DNA of 26,558 nt from Candidatus Hadarchaeum sp. Lineage in GTDB: Archaea; Hadarchaeota; Hadarchaeia; Hadarchaeales; Hadarchaeaceae. Position numbers and translations under genes: made by a program. The DNA is taken from the NCBI RefSeq assembly GCF_038871235.1, contig NZ_JAVZIN010000013.1, forward strand, positions 1 through 26,558. Reading direction: 5' to 3'. Numbering within the stretch: the first letter of the stretch is position 1; each line of letters begins with the position of its first letter. The notes below the pieces were generated by a model, which did not search any database, was not told where the DNA came from, and worked only from the letters and a program-made list of their open reading frames with translations. Of this stretch, positions 8,112 through 18,121 are shown piece after piece.

Positions 8112-9139
8112 TTCAGGATCTCCGCAATAGTTAGGTTCAAAACTATCTCGGCTATATCGCTGCTGTATTCGGCTATTCTCCTCAGGCTTTCGGATATCAA
8201 TCGAACATTTATTGAATCCTCGTGCGGAATTTCAAGCGTCAGTTTAGCCACCTTTTCCTCCAGCACCTTAGCTTTTTCCTTTTCCACGATTATCTCTTCG
8301 GCAAGATCATAATCCTCCTTAAACAGGGCTCCAACCGATTTTTCCAGCATCGTGTTAGCAAGATTGCTGAGGTTCAATATTCCTCGCAGCACATCCTTAC
8401 TAAGTGGTTTATTAATCAGCTTGACCCTTTCCGCGATCAAGGCCGCGTGGTCGGCAATTCTTTCCACGCTTTTAACTATCAGCCTGTAGCCGAGACAATC
8501 TCTGGCATTTCGCAAACCTATCTCCTTTATGGAACGTGGGTCTTGCACTGCCAATTTTATTTGTCTTATCACATACATGCTAAATCGATCAACCTCATTG
8601 TCCAGCCTGATCACCTCTTCAGCGGCGCCTTTGTCTAAACTTTCCAGAGCTGATATGGCGTCCCTCTGCATGGAGGAAGCGATCAAAAACATCCGTCTGA
8701 GGGCATCTCTGACGGAAAGCTCTGGATAGCTCAGCAACACCTGTATGGTCATCTCGTTTGGGGAATCGGCAATCAGCTCGGCTCCGACCAGCTTTTCCCT
8801 GACATAACTTTTTATGACCTCACGCTGTGGCGGTGAAAGCCTACCTTCAGCCATAAGATGAATCACGTGGTAACCGACAAGGTACAAGGAGACGACCTTT
8901 CTAGCCAGCTTATAGGGGTCATCGCTGGGGGAAATTTTAATCGTGGCCTCAGCTGCTTTCTTCTCTTCCTGAATTCTAGGTGGTAATATCTGAAGCGTGG
9001 AATCTTCAAGTCTTTTTACGACCAGACCATCGCCCGGCTTTATCCTATTTTCTTCGATCCAGTGCTTAGGCAGAGAAACTATGTAGGTGGACCCACCAGT
9101 TCTCTGCACTTTCCTAATCTCCCCTTTTATTTCCAACAC
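8108..9139 (-). CDS. Archaeal phosphate uptake regulator (AbrB-like DNA-binding domain plus PhoU repeats)
   Basis: N-terminal RKVQRTGGSTYIVSLPKHW (AbrB/SpoVT) and PhoU motifs ERIADHA and RRIAEYS. Divergent from pstS. Confidence 0.9.
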   Translation of the reverse strand: MLEIKGEIRKVQRTGGSTYIVSLPKHWIEENRIKPGDGLVVKRLEDSTLQILPPRIQEEKKAAEATIKISPSDDPYKLARKVVSLYLVGYHVIHLMAEGRLSPPQREVIKSYVREKLVGAELIADSPNEMTIQVLLSYPELSVRDALRRMFLIASSMQRDAISALESLDKGAAEEVIRLDNEVDRFSMYVIRQIKLAVQDPRSIKEIGLRNARDCLGYRLIVKSVERIADHAALIAERVKLINKPLSKDVLRGILNLSNLANTMLEKSVGALFKEDYDLAEEIIVEKEKAKVLEEKVAKLTLEIPHEDSINVRLISESLRRIAEYSSDIAEIVLNLTIAEILK

Positions 9140-9164
9140 ATCACCAATCAGCTTTTTTTTGTGA

Positions 9165-9250
9165 ACGTAAATATATATTTTTCCAAATAAAATAAATTAA
9201 TATATAGATTATTGGTAGAAACAATAAAAATAGCGTATTCTATATAAAAT
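9165..9250. promoter_or_regulatory. AT-rich divergent promoter region between the PhoU-type regulator and pstS
   Basis: Palindrome AAATATATATTT at 9169-9180 and inverted pair TATATAGA (9201-9208) / TCTATATA (9239-9246). Confidence 0.55.
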
Positions 9251-9260
9251 CGATGAGAAA

Positions 9261-10091
9261 ATGAAATCGAAAGTTATAGCGTCTGGAGTCTTGGTAGCGG
9301 CTGTCATCATTGCCTCTGCCATTTTATTGCAAGGAACCACCAATCAATCCTCCACGCCGAGATCAATAAACATCAAGGGTTCCACAACGGTACTGCCCAT
9401 AGCCCAAGCTGCCGCAGAAGCTTGGATGGACTCCCATCCCAACGACAAAATAATAGTTGAGGGCGGCGGCTCCGGCGTTGGCATTGCAGCCCTGATAGAC
9501 GGCACCTGTGACATAGCAAATTCATCGAGAACTTTGAAGGACGAGGAAAAACAGAAGGGCCTAATTGAACACCGAATTGCCTTGGATGCCGTTTGCGTGA
9601 TCGTTAACTCGCAGAACCCTGTTAACGGGCTAAGCTTGGAACAGGTGAAGGCGATATTCAAGGGTGAAATAACCAACTGGAGCGAGGTGGGAGGACCAAA
9701 TCTTGAAATAGTTGTTTACACCAGGGAATCAACATCCGGCACCTTCGAAACCTTTGAGACCAAGGTAATGAAACCCGACAACATCACCTTGCGGGCACTG
9801 ACCAAAACATCCAACGGAGAAATGGTTCAAGCGATCTCCGGAAATCCTAACGGCATCGGATACGTAGGTATAGGATACTTGGCTAACGCTACAGGCATTA
9901 AGGCATTGAAAATAAATGGAGTCGAGCCATCGACCAGCACGGTTCAAAGCGGAACTTTCCCCATTTCTAGGTATCTCTATATGATAACTAAAGGACAACC
10001 TGAGGGGCTAGTCAGGGACTTCATAGACTTCGTCACCAGCACCAGCGGACAAAAAATAGCTGAGGAACATGGCTTCGTTAAACTCCCATAG
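9261..10091 (+). CDS. pstS: Phosphate ABC transporter substrate-binding protein
   Basis: N-terminal anchor, GSTTVLP, GGGSGVG, DIANSSR, RESTSGT and FPISRYLY. Confidence 0.95.
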   Translation: MKSKVIASGVLVAAVIIASAILLQGTTNQSSTPRSINIKGSTTVLPIAQAAAEAWMDSHPNDKIIVEGGGSGVGIAALIDGTCDIANSSRTLKDEEKQKGLIEHRIALDAVCVIVNSQNPVNGLSLEQVKAIFKGEITNWSEVGGPNLEIVVYTRESTSGTFETFETKVMKPDNITLRALTKTSNGEMVQAISGNPNGIGYVGIGYLANATGIKALKINGVEPSTSTVQSGTFPISRYLYMITKGQPEGLVRDFIDFVTSTSGQKIAEEHGFVKLP

Positions 10092-10120
10092 GCCGCCAAA
10101 GGCGCGGCCTTCTTTTTTTT
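10090..10120 (+). terminator. GC hairpin plus U-tract between pstS and pstC
   Basis: AGGCCGC-CAAAGGC-GCGGCCT followed by TCTTTTTTTT. Confidence 0.6.
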
Positions 10121-10134
10121 AGAGGTTGAGGACT

Positions 10135-11010
10135 ATGAAAAAAATTAAAGTAAAATTCTCTGGAAGAATCCTCACAGCTATATTTGCCTCCATTTCCATT
10201 CTCGCCGTCTTCTTCATCTTTATCTTCATATTCTCGCAGGGGCTACCTCTTTTCACTGAAATTGGTCTGTCTGATTTCCTCTTCAATCTCACTTGGAGAC
10301 CAACCGCCTCGCCGCCTTCCTTCGGCATAATACCGCTGGTCTTGGGATCCCTCTTGGTCACTGGATTGGCCCTACTCATCTCCGTCCCCATCGGTCTTCT
10401 CGGAGCAATTTACATCGCGGAGATTGCCGGGTCTAAGGTCAGGGAACTGCTCAAACCTGTCATAGAAATACTTTCCGGAATCCCCTCGATCGTTTATGGT
10501 TTCTTTGGGCTGATCTTCCTAGTCCCCGCGATGCAGGCGACGTTTGGGTTACCTACAGGAGAAACCGCTCTGACGGGAGGGATAATCTTGGCAATAATGG
10601 TTCTTCCTACGATCCTGAGCATCGCCGAGGACGCGATGAGTTCAGTGCCGGCGGATTACAAAGAAGCCTCTCTGGCCTTAGGAGCAACCAAATGGAGAAC
10701 CATCAGAAGCGTGACGATACCGGCGGCGGCTTCGGGAATTGCTGCCGGCATCATCCTTGGCTTCGGCAGAGCTATTGGTGAAACCATCGCGGTAATGATG
10801 GTAACCGGAGGCTCACCAATAATTCCCACATCTATTTTTTCTCCCGTTAGAACAATGACCCAGACTATAGCCGCCGAGATGGGTGAGGCTGTCTTTGGCG
10901 GCTTACACTATAACTCACTTTTCGCCATCGGCATAGTTCTGTTCATCTTAACCTTTATCTTGAACTTGGTTGCGGTCAAGCTCATAAAAAAACATGGGGG
11001 CGGCAAATGA
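10135..11010 (+). CDS. pstC: Phosphate ABC transporter permease PstC
   Basis: Hydrophobic protein with LSGIPSIVYG, EASLALGATKW and RAIGETIAV. ATG 10135 follows GAGG. Confidence 0.95.
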   Translation: MKKIKVKFSGRILTAIFASISILAVFFIFIFIFSQGLPLFTEIGLSDFLFNLTWRPTASPPSFGIIPLVLGSLLVTGLALLISVPIGLLGAIYIAEIAGSKVRELLKPVIEILSGIPSIVYGFFGLIFLVPAMQATFGLPTGETALTGGIILAIMVLPTILSIAEDAMSSVPADYKEASLALGATKWRTIRSVTIPAAASGIAAGIILGFGRAIGETIAVMMVTGGSPIIPTSIFSPVRTMTQTIAAEMGEAVFGGLHYNSLFAIGIVLFILTFILNLVAVKLIKKHGGGK

Positions 11011-11861
11011 AGGCAAAAATTTGTCAGGCGCTAGGCATCTGGTCCTCCCGGATCGCGGTTTTAATTATCCTCTCAGTAATGGGCTACTTGCTCCTCCACA
11101 TTATTTTGAACGGAGTGGGCATCATCAGCTGGGACTTTCTGACCAAGCCGCCCGCCTCTGGGATGACGGGTGGTGGTATTTTCCCTGCCATCGTCGGCAC
11201 CCTTCTATTGGTAGCATTGGCAATAGCAATTTCACTGCCACTGGGTCTGATGTCCGCAATTTATCTGGTGGAATATTCGACCGAAAACAGCAAGTTTGTC
11301 AGGCTGGTAAACTCCGCGATATACAACCTTAACGGCGTCCCCTCAATAGTCTTCGGCCTTTTCGGGCTGGCCTTTTTTGTTAAATTTCTGGGTTTCGGCA
11401 CCTCCTTGCTCTCAGCGTCGCTCACGTTGTCTGTCATGATCCTGCCCACGGTAATCGTAACCTCGGTGGAATCTCTGAAAAGCGTACCCAATTCCTTCCG
11501 AGATGCCAGCATGGCACTGGGAGCCACTAAATGGCAAACGATATTAAAGGTAGTCTTACCGGCCGGTTTTCCTGGAATTATCACCGGCGCCATTCTGGGG
11601 GTGGGCAGGGCGGCTGGAGAAACTGCACCGATACTTTTTACGGGGGCTGTGTTCTACATGAGGGGTTTGCCGACATCGATCCTTGACCCGGTCATGGCCT
11701 TACCCTACCATCTTTTCGTTCTTGCCACAGAGCACCCAAACATCGCGAAGGTGACTCCCATTCAGTACGGTACGGCTTTGGTCCTCCTCCTTTTGGTCCT
11801 TTTCATTTCTCTAATTGCCGCCATCATTAGGTACCGTTACCGCCGCCGAAGGAAGTGGTAG
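11007..11861 (+). CDS. pstA: Phosphate ABC transporter permease PstA
   Basis: [20 protein letters not shown] and [13 protein letters not shown]. Confidence 0.95.
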   Translation: MKAKICQALGIWSSRIAVLIILSVMGYLLLHIILNGVGIISWDFLTKPPASGMTGGGIFPAIVGTLLLVALAIAISLPLGLMSAIYLVEYSTENSKFVRLVNSAIYNLNGVPSIVFGLFGLAFFVKFLGFGTSLLSASLTLSVMILPTVIVTSVESLKSVPNSFRDASMALGATKWQTILKVVLPAGFPGIITGAILGVGRAAGETAPILFTGAVFYMRGLPTSILDPVMALPYHLFVLATEHPNIAKVTPIQYGTALVLLLLVLFISLIAAIIRYRYRRRRKW

Positions 11862-11862
11862 G

Positions 11863-12618
11863 ATGAAAATCAAGGTGGAGACCAAAAATTTAAACGTTTG
11901 GTATGGCCAAAGCCACATCGTCAAGAACTTCTCCATCAAGATACCAGAGAAAAAAATCACGGCAATAATCGGGCCGTCGGGGTGCGGTAAATCAACCTTC
12001 ATAAAAACGCTCAACAGGATGGTGGAGTTGACGCCGGGCGCGAGGGTCAGCGGTGATGTTTTCGTGGACGACAAAAACATCTACGGGTCTAATGTCGACG
12101 CGACCGAAATTCGGTGGAAAATGGGGATGGTCTTCCAGAAGCCCAACCCATTTCCAAAATCCATATTTGAAAATGTGGCCTACGGTCCCAGAGTTCACCA
12201 CTTAGTTAGCAATGAAAAACTGGATCAACTGGTGGAGGAAAATCTAAAAAAGGCCGCGCTTTGGGAGGAGGTCAAGGATAGGCTCAGGATGTCAGCTTTT
12301 GAACTATCCGGTGGCCAGCAACAGCGCCTGTGCATAGCCCGGGCCTTGGCAGTTAACCCTGAGGTCATCTTAATGGATGAACCTTGTTCAGCTTTGGACC
12401 CGATCGCGACGACGAAAATTGAAGACCTTCTCTTTGACTTGAAAAAGAACTACACCATCGTCATCGTGACGCACAACTTGCAACAGGCGGCGCGGGTCTC
12501 TGACTTCACCGCCTTCATGTATTTGGGAACGCTCATCGAGTACGGAAAAACAGAGGAAATGTTTGAGAGGCCTAAAAATAAACAGACACAGGATTACATC
12601 ATGGGGAGATTTGGGTGA
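11863..12618 (+). CDS. pstB: Phosphate ABC transporter ATP-binding protein
   Basis: Walker [39 protein letters not shown] and C-terminal YIMGRFG. Confidence 0.97.
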   Translation: MKIKVETKNLNVWYGQSHIVKNFSIKIPEKKITAIIGPSGCGKSTFIKTLNRMVELTPGARVSGDVFVDDKNIYGSNVDATEIRWKMGMVFQKPNPFPKSIFENVAYGPRVHHLVSNEKLDQLVEENLKKAALWEEVKDRLRMSAFELSGGQQQRLCIARALAVNPEVILMDEPCSALDPIATTKIEDLLFDLKKNYTIVIVTHNLQQAARVSDFTAFMYLGTLIEYGKTEEMFERPKNKQTQDYIMGRFG

Positions 12619-13286
12619 AAGAACCAACCGTTAAAGTTAGAAAGAGGCTCTCCGAGGAGCTCGAGGAGCTGAAATCAATGATGATGGAAATGAGTTCACT
12701 AGCCACCGCCTCGGTAGAAAAAGCGGTCGGGAGCCTAGCCAAACAAGATGTCAATCTGGCGAACAAGGTGATAAAGGAGGATGACAAAATAGACGCTCTT
12801 GAACTCGAGATTGAAAACAAGTGCATGCATCTGATTGCCCTGCAGCAACCAATGGCAAAGGATCTTCGCGTTATTGGGTCTTGCCTAAAGATAATCACCG
12901 ACTTGGAGAGGGTGGGCGACCGGGCTGCTGACATCGCTCAAATTACCAAACAGCTCGCTGGTAGGCCCTTAATCAAACCGCTCGTTGACATCCCGAGGAT
13001 GGCGGAGCTTGCCATAGCTATGGTTAAGGACAGCGTCAGAGCTTTCAAGGAAGAGAATTCCCTGCTGGCTTGGGGCTTGGGTGAAAGGGACGATGAAGTG
13101 GACAAACTGGCCCATCAGGTCAACCGGGAGCTCTTTTCATTTGTCGTCGAAGACCCTAAGAAAATATCCGACGCCTTCCGCCTGATGTTTGTCGCTTCCT
13201 TCTTAGAGAGAATCGCCGATCATGCCACCAACATCGCCGAAAGAGTAATCTACATGGAAAGGGGGGAAAGGGTAAAAATAAACTGA
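12615..13286 (+). CDS. phoU: Phosphate signalling complex protein PhoU
   Basis: [16 protein letters not shown] and [13 protein letters not shown]. Confidence 0.95.
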   Translation: MKEPTVKVRKRLSEELEELKSMMMEMSSLATASVEKAVGSLAKQDVNLANKVIKEDDKIDALELEIENKCMHLIALQQPMAKDLRVIGSCLKIITDLERVGDRAADIAQITKQLAGRPLIKPLVDIPRMAELAIAMVKDSVRAFKEENSLLAWGLGERDDEVDKLAHQVNRELFSFVVEDPKKISDAFRLMFVASFLERIADHATNIAERVIYMERGERVKIN

Positions 13287-13317
13287 ACTAAAAAAGGCCC
13301 CAAGTTACGTACAAAAT

Positions 13318-14928
13318 TCATTTCACTTTCCAAGAATTTGCCCTTGCTAAGGAAGCTTTTATAAAGGCATCAAAAACGGGAGCAGGTTTACCGGGCCTTG
13401 ATTTAAACTCCGGATGAAACTGTGTAGCTAGGAAAAACTTATGACCGGGCAGCTCAATAATTTCCATCCTTTTCCCATCCATGGACTTGCCTGAAAATCT
13501 CAATCCCTTTCTCTCGAGTCTTCCAATGTACTTGGGATTAACCTCATACCTGTGCCTGTGGCGTTCGCTTATCCTTTCTTTACCGTAAATCCGAAAAGCT
13601 AACGACCCTCTTTCTATTCGAATCTCATGAGAGCCAAGCCTCATTGTTCCACCCATCTCCAACACTTTCTTCTGTTCAGGGAGCAAATCTATAACAGGGT
13701 GATTGGTTTTGGGATCAAGTTCAGTGCTGTTGGCTCCTTTCAACCCAATACTTCGAGCAAACTCAACCACGGCCAGCTGGAATCCAAAGCAGAGGCCCAG
13801 AAAAGGAATTGAATGCTCCCTAGCGTGTTTTATCGCCGCTATCTTGCCCTCGCTGCCCCTCTGACCGAAGCCACCTGGCACCAGAACTCCATCGTAGCTT
13901 CGCAGCCTATCCAAATCTTCATTCGTTCTCAGCTGCTCGGCATCTATCCAGTCTATTTCAACCTTGCAGTTGTTGGCACCGGCGGCATGCTTCAGGGCCT
14001 CGTTGATGCTCAGATAAGTGTCGGGGAACCTGATATACTTGCCCACCATGGCGATCTTGACGACCTTGGTCGCACTGTCCATTTGTTCAACAACTTTTTT
14101 CCACTGGGATATGTTCTTACCTCGGTTCTCCAGACAAAGCCTCTCAACCAAGAGATCTCCCAAACCTTCCTCGTCAAGCAATAGAGGCAATCGGTAAACA
14201 TTACCAACATCGTGAGCACTGATGACGGCCCTCTCGGGAACGTTGCAGAAGAGCGAAATCTTCCGCTTCGCATTTTCGCTGAGAGGGATCTTGCTGCGGC
14301 AGATCAAGATGTCAGGAGATATCCCGGCTGCAAGAAGCTGTTTGACGCTGTGCTGGGTTGGTTTGGTCTTCTGCTCCCCGACAACGTCCAAGATGGGGAC
14401 TAAAGTGAGATGCACGAATGCCACATCCTCATGCTTTTCTTCCAAGGAAAGCTGCCTCATGGCCTCGATGAAAGGCATGCTCTCGATATCACCTACGGTG
14501 CCACCGACCTCGACCAAACAGATCTCGGCGTCACTTTCGCTAGCAACCTGTCGGATCCGGCTCTTAATGAGGTCCGTAACGTGTGGAATGATCTGAACCG
14601 TCTGTCCCAGATAGTCGCCCTTTCTCTCCTTCCTTATCACCTCTCCATAAATTTGGCCGGTGGTGATGTTGTGTTTCTTAGTCAGGTTCACGTCAAGGAA
14701 TCTCTCATAGTGTCCCATATCCAAGTCTATTTCGCCGCCATCATCCGTGACGAAAATCTCGCCGTGCTCAAAGGGATTTATCGTGCCGGCGTCGCAGTTG
14801 AGATAGGGATCGATCTTTATCGCCGTCACTCTATAGCCCCGGGATTGAAGAATTCTGCCTATGGAGGCAGTCGTTATTCCTTTTCCCAGACCGCTGATAA
14901 CACCGCCGATCATAATCACGTATTTCAT
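13318..14928 (-). CDS. pyrG: CTP synthase
   Basis: [18 protein letters not shown], glutaminase GLCFG, RHRHRYE and TQFHPE. ATG 14928 follows GGTG. Confidence 0.97.
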   Translation of the reverse strand: MKYVIMIGGVISGLGKGITTASIGRILQSRGYRVTAIKIDPYLNCDAGTINPFEHGEIFVTDDGGEIDLDMGHYERFLDVNLTKKHNITTGQIYGEVIRKERKGDYLGQTVQIIPHVTDLIKSRIRQVASESDAEICLVEVGGTVGDIESMPFIEAMRQLSLEEKHEDVAFVHLTLVPILDVVGEQKTKPTQHSVKQLLAAGISPDILICRSKIPLSENAKRKISLFCNVPERAVISAHDVGNVYRLPLLLDEEGLGDLLVERLCLENRGKNISQWKKVVEQMDSATKVVKIAMVGKYIRFPDTYLSINEALKHAAGANNCKVEIDWIDAEQLRTNEDLDRLRSYDGVLVPGGFGQRGSEGKIAAIKHAREHSIPFLGLCFGFQLAVVEFARSIGLKGANSTELDPKTNHPVIDLLPEQKKVLEMGGTMRLGSHEIRIERGSLAFRIYGKERISERHRHRYEVNPKYIGRLERKGLRFSGKSMDGKRMEIIELPGHKFFLATQFHPEFKSRPGKPAPVFDAFIKASLARANSWKVK

Positions 14929-14932
14929 TTTC

Positions 14933-15835
14933 TCACACCTGGGCGATCCCGATGACCTCCTCAACACTTCTAAACTGGTGCCTGATCAAATAATCCTTTA
15001 TTCCCTTCTCTATCTCACGGAAAATTCCAATCCCGGTGATGGCCAAGGCTGAACCAACCTGCACCGCCCGAGCACCGGCCATGAGAAACTCCAGCGCTGT
15101 TCTCCAATCGCTGACGCCTCCACAGCCTATTATTGGAATCGAGAGCTTTTGATAAAGCTCAAAAACACAGCGCAGAGCTATGGGATGAATGGCTGGCCCC
15201 GAGAGACCGCCATAGACATTGGTGAGCACGGGTTTCCTAGCATCGACATCAATTGCTATGGCCTTGATGGTGTTAATAACAACCACCGCATCGGCTCCGG
15301 CATTCTGAGCGGAAACCGCTGACTCGGTTAATTTATCGCTTAGCCCCAGTTTAGCATAGACCGGTATGCTTAGTGCTCCACGGACCTGCTTCACGATTTT
15401 AGCGGCGGCGGCGGGATCGGCACCTATTTCCATTCCGTGTTTTTCCACGTGAGGGCAGGAAAGGTTCAGCTCAACGGCGTCAGCACCGGCTTCTTCAGCC
15501 CTTGCGCAAATCTCTTCAAACTCATCAATAGTCTTGCCAGCCACGCTGACGATGACTGGGACCCTGCCCTTTTTTGCTAAAGGTAGGTCTTCCCGCAGAT
15601 AGGCCTCATACCCGGGATTGGTCAGCCCCACCGCGTTGATTAAACCTCCATTAACTCCTACGATCACGGGCGTGGGATAACCTTCCCGCACCTCCTTCGT
15701 CAAGCTCTTTGTCACCACGGCTCCAGCGCCGCCCTCGGTAGCCGCGCGTTTCAGGAGTGAGCCGTTGCAAAGTACCCCTGAGGCTAGCATGATTGGGTTT
15801 CTCATTTTCAACTTACCTACTTTAATTCTCAACAT
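14933..15835 (-). CDS. pyrD: Dihydroorotate dehydrogenase family 1B catalytic subunit
   Basis: [26 protein letters not shown] and GGLSGPAI. Confidence 0.95.
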   Translation of the reverse strand: MLRIKVGKLKMRNPIMLASGVLCNGSLLKRAATEGGAGAVVTKSLTKEVREGYPTPVIVGVNGGLINAVGLTNPGYEAYLREDLPLAKKGRVPVIVSVAGKTIDEFEEICARAEEAGADAVELNLSCPHVEKHGMEIGADPAAAAKIVKQVRGALSIPVYAKLGLSDKLTESAVSAQNAGADAVVVINTIKAIAIDVDARKPVLTNVYGGLSGPAIHPIALRCVFELYQKLSIPIIGCGGVSDWRTALEFLMAGARAVQVGSALAITGIGIFREIEKGIKDYLIRHQFRSVEEVIGIAQV

Positions 15836-16683
15836 AAATTCACCCGAGCACCTGAAACCTCCCGCTTCCTTTTGCCAAAATCCGTTTTCAGAAGAATGGC
15901 ACCATCAAAAACTGGGCCGTCGGAACAAACCCGCAGACCCAAGGGATCCAGAACACACGAGCCACAGACACCAAACCCGCACTTCATGTAACGCTCTAAA
16001 GATGCCTGAACCCTGATCCCAAGTTTAACTCCCTGCCTAACCACTTCATACATCATTCTTTCCGGACCGCAGGTCAGTATCGCTTGATATCTTCTCTTTT
16101 TCAGCTCAGATTTCATGAGGTCCGTCACCAGCCCCATGCATCCTTCGGAACCATCCTCGGTCGCTACAACTGATCTTATCCCCATCTTACGCGCCTCAGC
16201 AACGAAAAGCAGTTCCTCTCCGCGTCTGGCTCCGAAAAGGAAAGTGCATCTGCCACCGGAACTGGATATCGCCTTGGCAGCGAAAATCAGGGGCGCAGTT
16301 CCGTACCCGCCCCCGACAAGAAGAAAGGATCTTCCTTTTAGGAAAAATCCATTACCGAAAGGGCCGCGCAGAAAAAGTCTGTCACCTTTATTCAGCCGGT
16401 GAAACTCTGCCGTGGTGGGGCCTTCATTAGAAATCGAGATTCTGATGAAACCCTCCCCAGCATCGGAAACGCTCATTGGGACCTCTTCGAAGCCAGGGAG
16501 CCAAACCATAAAGAACTGTCCGGGACAGGGTAACCTCGATGCGGTGTATTCGAGATAAAACGACTTCACCCTCGAGTTCTCATCAACCGTCTTTTTTATC
16601 CTCGCCGGCAAGAAACCGAAACGTTCAAATTGATTTTTCCCGACAACCTCGTCCTGAGTTCTGATTGATGATTTATCTCGCAA
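15829..16683 (-). CDS. pyrK: Dihydroorotate dehydrogenase electron transfer subunit
   Basis: PGQFFMVW, RGPFGNGF, GGGYG, and the 2Fe-2S motif MKCGFGVCGSC...VCSDGPVF. Confidence 0.93.
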   Translation of the reverse strand: MRDKSSIRTQDEVVGKNQFERFGFLPARIKKTVDENSRVKSFYLEYTASRLPCPGQFFMVWLPGFEEVPMSVSDAGEGFIRISISNEGPTTAEFHRLNKGDRLFLRGPFGNGFFLKGRSFLLVGGGYGTAPLIFAAKAISSSGGRCTFLFGARRGEELLFVAEARKMGIRSVVATEDGSEGCMGLVTDLMKSELKKRRYQAILTCGPERMMYEVVRQGVKLGIRVQASLERYMKCGFGVCGSCVLDPLGLRVCSDGPVFDGAILLKTDFGKRKREVSGARVNLC

Positions 16684-16719
16684 CTTTATCCCTCAGCAGG
16701 CACTAAACTAATCGATGCG

Positions 16720-18105
16720 CTAAAGGCTCTGAACATTTTTGCTCTCCTTGATGTACTTTATCACCTTTTCATAGTCCTCCTTGCCGATGAACCCGTTCAA
16801 GTAGAGTTCCTGCATCAACCGCGACGCTGTCATGAGAGAGATCAGTTTGACCCCTCTTTTGGCAAGATTCTGTGCTCCTCCTTGCTCACGGTCAACGAGC
16901 ACCATCGCATACTCCACCTTGCCGCCTCGCTCACGGATGGCCTCAATGGCCTTCAACAGGCTGCCTCCGGTGGTGACGGCATCATCCACGATCAGAACCG
17001 ATTCACCCGGGTTTATCACGCCCTCGATCAGGCTTTTGGTCCCATGAGTTCTTTCCTCCCTTCTGATGTAGAGGAACGGCTTATTCAGCTTATAAGCGAC
17101 CAAGGCACCTATCGGCACCCCTGCCGTGGCCACACCGGCGATCCTATCGAAGGAAAGACCGAGCGCCTTCAGCTCAGCGACGTAGGCGCTGGTTATCAGG
17201 TCAAAGAGGTCCTGATGGGAAGGAGTGGCCCTCAGGTCAATGTAATAGGGGCTCATTAATCCCGAGGTCAGCTTGAACTCGCCCACCATCACACAACGAT
17301 GCTTCGCCAGAGCCAATGCAATTTTCTGAATGTCGATGCCTATCTCCCTGATCTCCTTCAAAATTTCTTTGGCTCTGGCTGCAGGCGAAGGGGCTTGGGC
17401 GATGCTCCTGCCGATTATCTCATAGTCGGCACCGGCTGCCAGCGCCGAGCCAAAGCTCGCTCCCTGAGTGCCCACCCCGGGAGAAAAGATAATCGAAGAC
17501 GGATAAGCTTTCTTGGTGCTAGTAATCAGGTGGGGATAGGTGGCCGGCACAACGAAGCCATCCACGCCCGCTTTAGCCGCAATCTCCAAAAGTTCGTGGT
17601 AGTGTTTGTTAAGGTGCTCACTGGCACCGGGGTGGCTCATCGCACAAAGCCCCAGGACTCCCTTATCCATTTCCTCAGCAAGGCTAACCACCTCATCAAT
17701 TCCGCCTTTAATCCCGACCGCGGCATGGATAATAAGAGCATCAAAGCCAACGTCAAACAGCTGAGCAGCCTCAAGACTGTTGATATGACCTATGTCGGCC
17801 ATCTTGGGATCGCAGATGAAGAAGTAGCTTTTTCTGTAAGTGTTGATGATGTCCTCGACCAAGTCCAATCCCAGCCCGAAGATAAGGGGCAGACCTATTT
17901 TCACCCCCGAGACCAGACCATCAAGCTCCGCCAGAAGATTCTTGACTCTAGCTGCTGTGTTGAGCCTCTCCTTCAACCTCTCCTCAGAATTCTTCAGTGA
18001 ATAGGGGTTAAAGGGAGGGTCTAGCGCGAGCACAATCCTCGAGTCCGTCCTCTTCGTTATGTCCGATACCAGTTTTACAAACGTCTTGCTCAAAAGCCCG
18101 CCCAT
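16720..18105 (-). CDS. pyrF: Fused OMP decarboxylase (N-terminal) and orotate phosphoribosyltransferase (C-terminal), PyrF-PyrE
   Basis: OMPDC motifs LALD, DPKMADI, SPGVGTQG and IIGRSI, followed in frame by OPRT motifs FKLTSG..SPYYIDLR and LIVDDAVTTGGS. Confidence 0.92.
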   Translation of the reverse strand: MGGLLSKTFVKLVSDITKRTDSRIVLALDPPFNPYSLKNSEERLKERLNTAARVKNLLAELDGLVSGVKIGLPLIFGLGLDLVEDIINTYRKSYFFICDPKMADIGHINSLEAAQLFDVGFDALIIHAAVGIKGGIDEVVSLAEEMDKGVLGLCAMSHPGASEHLNKHYHELLEIAAKAGVDGFVVPATYPHLITSTKKAYPSSIIFSPGVGTQGASFGSALAAGADYEIIGRSIAQAPSPAARAKEILKEIREIGIDIQKIALALAKHRCVMVGEFKLTSGLMSPYYIDLRATPSHQDLFDLITSAYVAELKALGLSFDRIAGVATAGVPIGALVAYKLNKPFLYIRREERTHGTKSLIEGVINPGESVLIVDDAVTTGGSLLKAIEAIRERGGKVEYAMVLVDREQGGAQNLAKRGVKLISLMTASRLMQELYLNGFIGKEDYEKVIKYIKESKNVQSL

Positions 18106-18121
18106 AGTTTAGTATGGAAAG

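Noticed and set aside
710-18000. Long antisense ORFs such as 710-1312, 3638-4195, 4069-4725, 7516-8130, 14410-14955 and 17299-18000
   Set aside because: Each overlaps a confidently identified gene on the opposite strand and lacks family motifs.
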